Below, one piece after another: positions 61,522-64,000 of a stretch of 64,000 nt of DNA. A model generated the notes under the pieces. The model did not search any database, was not told the DNA's origin, and saw only the letters and a list, made by a program, of their open reading frames with translations. Within the stretch, counting starts at the first letter, position 1. Each line of letters begins with the position of its first letter. The stretch is from Podarcis filfolensis. Its lineage: Eukaryota. The translations under genes and the position numbers were made by a program. The stretch lies in the NCBI GenBank assembly GCA_964270895.1, contig OZ185450.1; one strand, given 5' to 3'.

Positions 61522-62124
61522 GTAAGTGTGAAACTGGATTAATGCAATAATCTATCTGGATGGTGCTCTTAATAGGAGAAACCATGTCCTTGTCAAGTTT
61601 TGGGTACGTTAGGAGACCGTCTGGGAACGATGGACTTTTCCTGAATTTCAGGCAGAATTTTCCTAAACTTCTTCCCTTCGTAGCCGGCAACTTGTCTGGC
61701 AGTTCTTGTCTGTGGAATTGTGTGTTTCTTATCACCGTTCTGTTTTGCAACAGGCACTTGGGTGGGTCTTCTCGATAGGGCAGGGAGGTGGCTGGAACGG
61801 TGAGCTTGGGGAAGTGGCTCAGTGGTGGCAGAATGGAAGTGTTTCTGTACTAAAAGGTCTCAGATGATTCAAATTCAAGTTGCCAAACCTCCCAGTAAAT
61901 GAAAAGCTGCCAGTGAGAATGGGCAAATGTCAATCAGGAGAAAAAGAATGCTAGTTGACTAGGTAGGCAGAAAATACAAAAATTGGATGTTGAAGGCACA
62001 ATAAACAGACAGGTGAAATCCGGTGAACTGGCCAGTGTTAGAAAGCCTTGATTTGTGTCTCCTGAGAACAAAGTCCCGACTTGAAATTGTTCGTGGGGCA
62101 TAATCGGAATCTTGTTGTTGCCAG

Positions 62125-62324
62125 GCTCGATTTGGAACTGAAGGATCATGAAGGAAGCACTGCTTTGTGGCTTGCTGTTCAGTATATCACGGTGTCTTCT
62201 GACCCGTCTGTCAACCCCTTTGAGGATGTCCTGGTGGAAAATGGCACTTCCTTCGATGAGAACAGCTTTGCGGCCAGGCTCATCCAGCGGGGCAGCAATA
62301 CAGACGCTCCCGACACAGCAACCG
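62125..62324 (+). CDS. ANKFY1: ANKFY1 exon 10
   Basis: ttgccag|GCTCGAT...ACCG|gtgaga; 200 nt, LDLELKDHEGSTALWLAVQY...RGSNTDAPDTAT. Confidence 0.95.
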
Positions 62325-62896
62325 GTGAGAGAAATTGTGTCGTCCCAGTAACTTAGTCCCTAAGAAAGCAGTTGAGAAATCAGATAGAAGACAAGCCAAA
62401 GGAAGAAAGAGGCAACAGCAGAGCTGAAACTTTAAAGCGAGCAACCTTTTGGTTTGCTTTAGCACAGAGGGCAATGAAAAGAGGGTGCAGTGGGAGGGGT
62501 GTGTGGCCTGCATGTTTCAGATAGCTAACATTTTTTGTGAATTGAGCAAAAAGACACTGGAGTCTCTTGAGGAAACAAAATTCCAGCTGTTGTACATCAG
62601 GGGGAAGACAAATCAAAAGGTTCTTGAGTAGCACTGCCCCAGTTGTGAAACGCCCTCTTTCTGGAGGCATGGGTGTTTGGGGGTTCATGGTTTGATGGAA
62701 ATTTACTTGGGTTTGTTTTTCTTCTTCTAGTTTTTTGTGGTGATGGTTAGACTTAAGTGTGTTTTATGTCATAGTACTGATTTTGAGGTTTTATTGTTGG
62801 TATTGCTGATACAGTATGGTTTTTATACTGTGGCTTTATTATTGATGTTGCTGGTGTTTTCCTGTTACCTTAATTGTGTTCTGTGATTTGTAATAA

Positions 62897-62897
62897 T

Positions 62898-62964
<67 letters not shown>
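62897..62964. repeat. Compound (TG)13(AG)21 microsatellite
   Basis: Directly visible. Confidence 0.95.
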
Positions 62965-62967
<3 letters not shown>

Positions 62968-62992
62968 GCTTTGAGGTCACTTGTGACAAAAA

Positions 62993-63329
62993 GTGGGCGC
63001 TGTGGGTTAAACCACAGAGCCTAGGACTTGCCGATCAGAAGGTCGGCAGTTCGAATCCCTGTGATGGGGTGAGCTCCCGTTGCTCGGTCCCTGCTCCTGC
63101 CAACCTAGCAGTTCAAAAGCACGTCAAAATGCAAGTAGATAAATAGGTACCGCTCCGGCGGGAAGGTAAATGGTGTTTCTGTGCGCTGCTCTGGTTCGCC
63201 AGAAGCGGCTTAGTCATGCTGGCCGCATGAGCTGTACGCCAGCTTCCTTGGCCAATAAAGTGAGATGAGCACCGCAACCCCAGAGTCGGTCACGACAGGA
63301 CCTAATGGTCAGGGGTCCCTTTACTTTTT
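62993..63329 (+). mobile_element. Sauria SINE
   Basis: Highly similar to the 35351 and 40654 copies. Confidence 0.9.
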
Positions 63330-63497
63330 AAGCACACTTAATAATCAGGAAGTCAGTAATAAGCCACATCAGTTCAGTTGTGCCCTGCCCTCCAGTGTCC
63401 TGGCTTAGAATGCAAGATAACAGCTGGAATTTCGGCTCCTGTTCTAACTCTGCTTTTTCTTTTTCTCTCCCCCACCCGTGTGGCTGGCTGCCTATAG

Positions 63498-63595
63498 GAA
63501 ACTGCTTGCTGCAGAGAGCAGCAGGGGCAGAAAACGAGGCTGCCGCTCTGTTCCTGGCAACTCATGGGGCCAAAGTTAACCACCGGAATAAAGCG
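63498..63595 (+). CDS. ANKFY1: ANKFY1 exon 11 (gene continues beyond the window)
   Basis: cctatag|GAAACTGC...AAAGCG|gtaggt; 98 nt, GNCLLQRAAGAENEAAALFLATHGAKVNHRNKA. Cumulative CDS is 1470 nt and all exon phases are consistent. Confidence 0.94.
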
Positions 63596-64000
63596 GTAGG
63601 TGAAGAGAAGGGAATGTCGAATGAAATAGAATTCTGCTCAGACACTCCATATATCTGTTTGGTGCATGGAGGGAAATTAACAGCACCGTAACTGCTTACT
63701 GTAGAGTGCAAGTATTAAAATGCAGATAGTTTGGACCATTTCTCATTTTACTGTGATGAGATGGAGAAAGGGTGTGTGTGTGTTCGGCCTGGGCGATGTA
63801 TCGATTCATTGCCCTGGGCCAGTTTGAAGGCCAGAGTGCAATGGCACCTTCACCTGGCAGTATATTGCGGGTGGGGCTTGCCTGCACCTGACTCTGCCAC
63901 TAGTGGCCAGCGCACAGAGGGAGGAACAAGCTGCATTGGCCCCGGCCCCATGGGGTGTCAGGTGAAACCACTGCCATTCCTGCCAAGGGACTTCTACCCC

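Noticed and set aside
61239-61525. ORFs with ERERER or SLSLSL runs
   Set aside because: Translations of the (CT)n microsatellite; likewise 62874-63146.

Overview
Vertebrate genomic DNA, most likely from a squamate reptile (probably a lacertid lizard, judged from Sauria-type SINEs, CR1/L2 LINEs and Penelope-type hairpins; inferred, not searched). The window opens inside intron 1 of UBE2G1 (+). Coding exons 2-5 lie at 17.7-25.4 kb, followed by a 3'UTR intron and a terminal UTR exon from 28138. A CpG-island promoter at about 35.9-36.5 kb drives ANKFY1/Rabankyrin-5 (+); exons 1-11 encode 490 codons here and intron 4 has a GC donor. Between the two genes, head-to-head with the ANKFY1 promoter, is an intronless RBMX2 retrocopy (-). 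Its RRM is intact, its tail carries stop codons, and a good 3' splice site sits 15 nt before its ATG. Introns are rich in hAT and Tc1/mariner MITEs, SINEs and LINE fragments. Two young palindromic Penelope-type insertions flank UBE2G1 exon 2, and one carries a complete minimal hammerhead-ribozyme motif on the pre-mRNA strand. There is a 157-N assembly gap at 46983-47139. All coordinates were read by eye; repeat boundaries and repeat family names are approximate and were not checked against a database.
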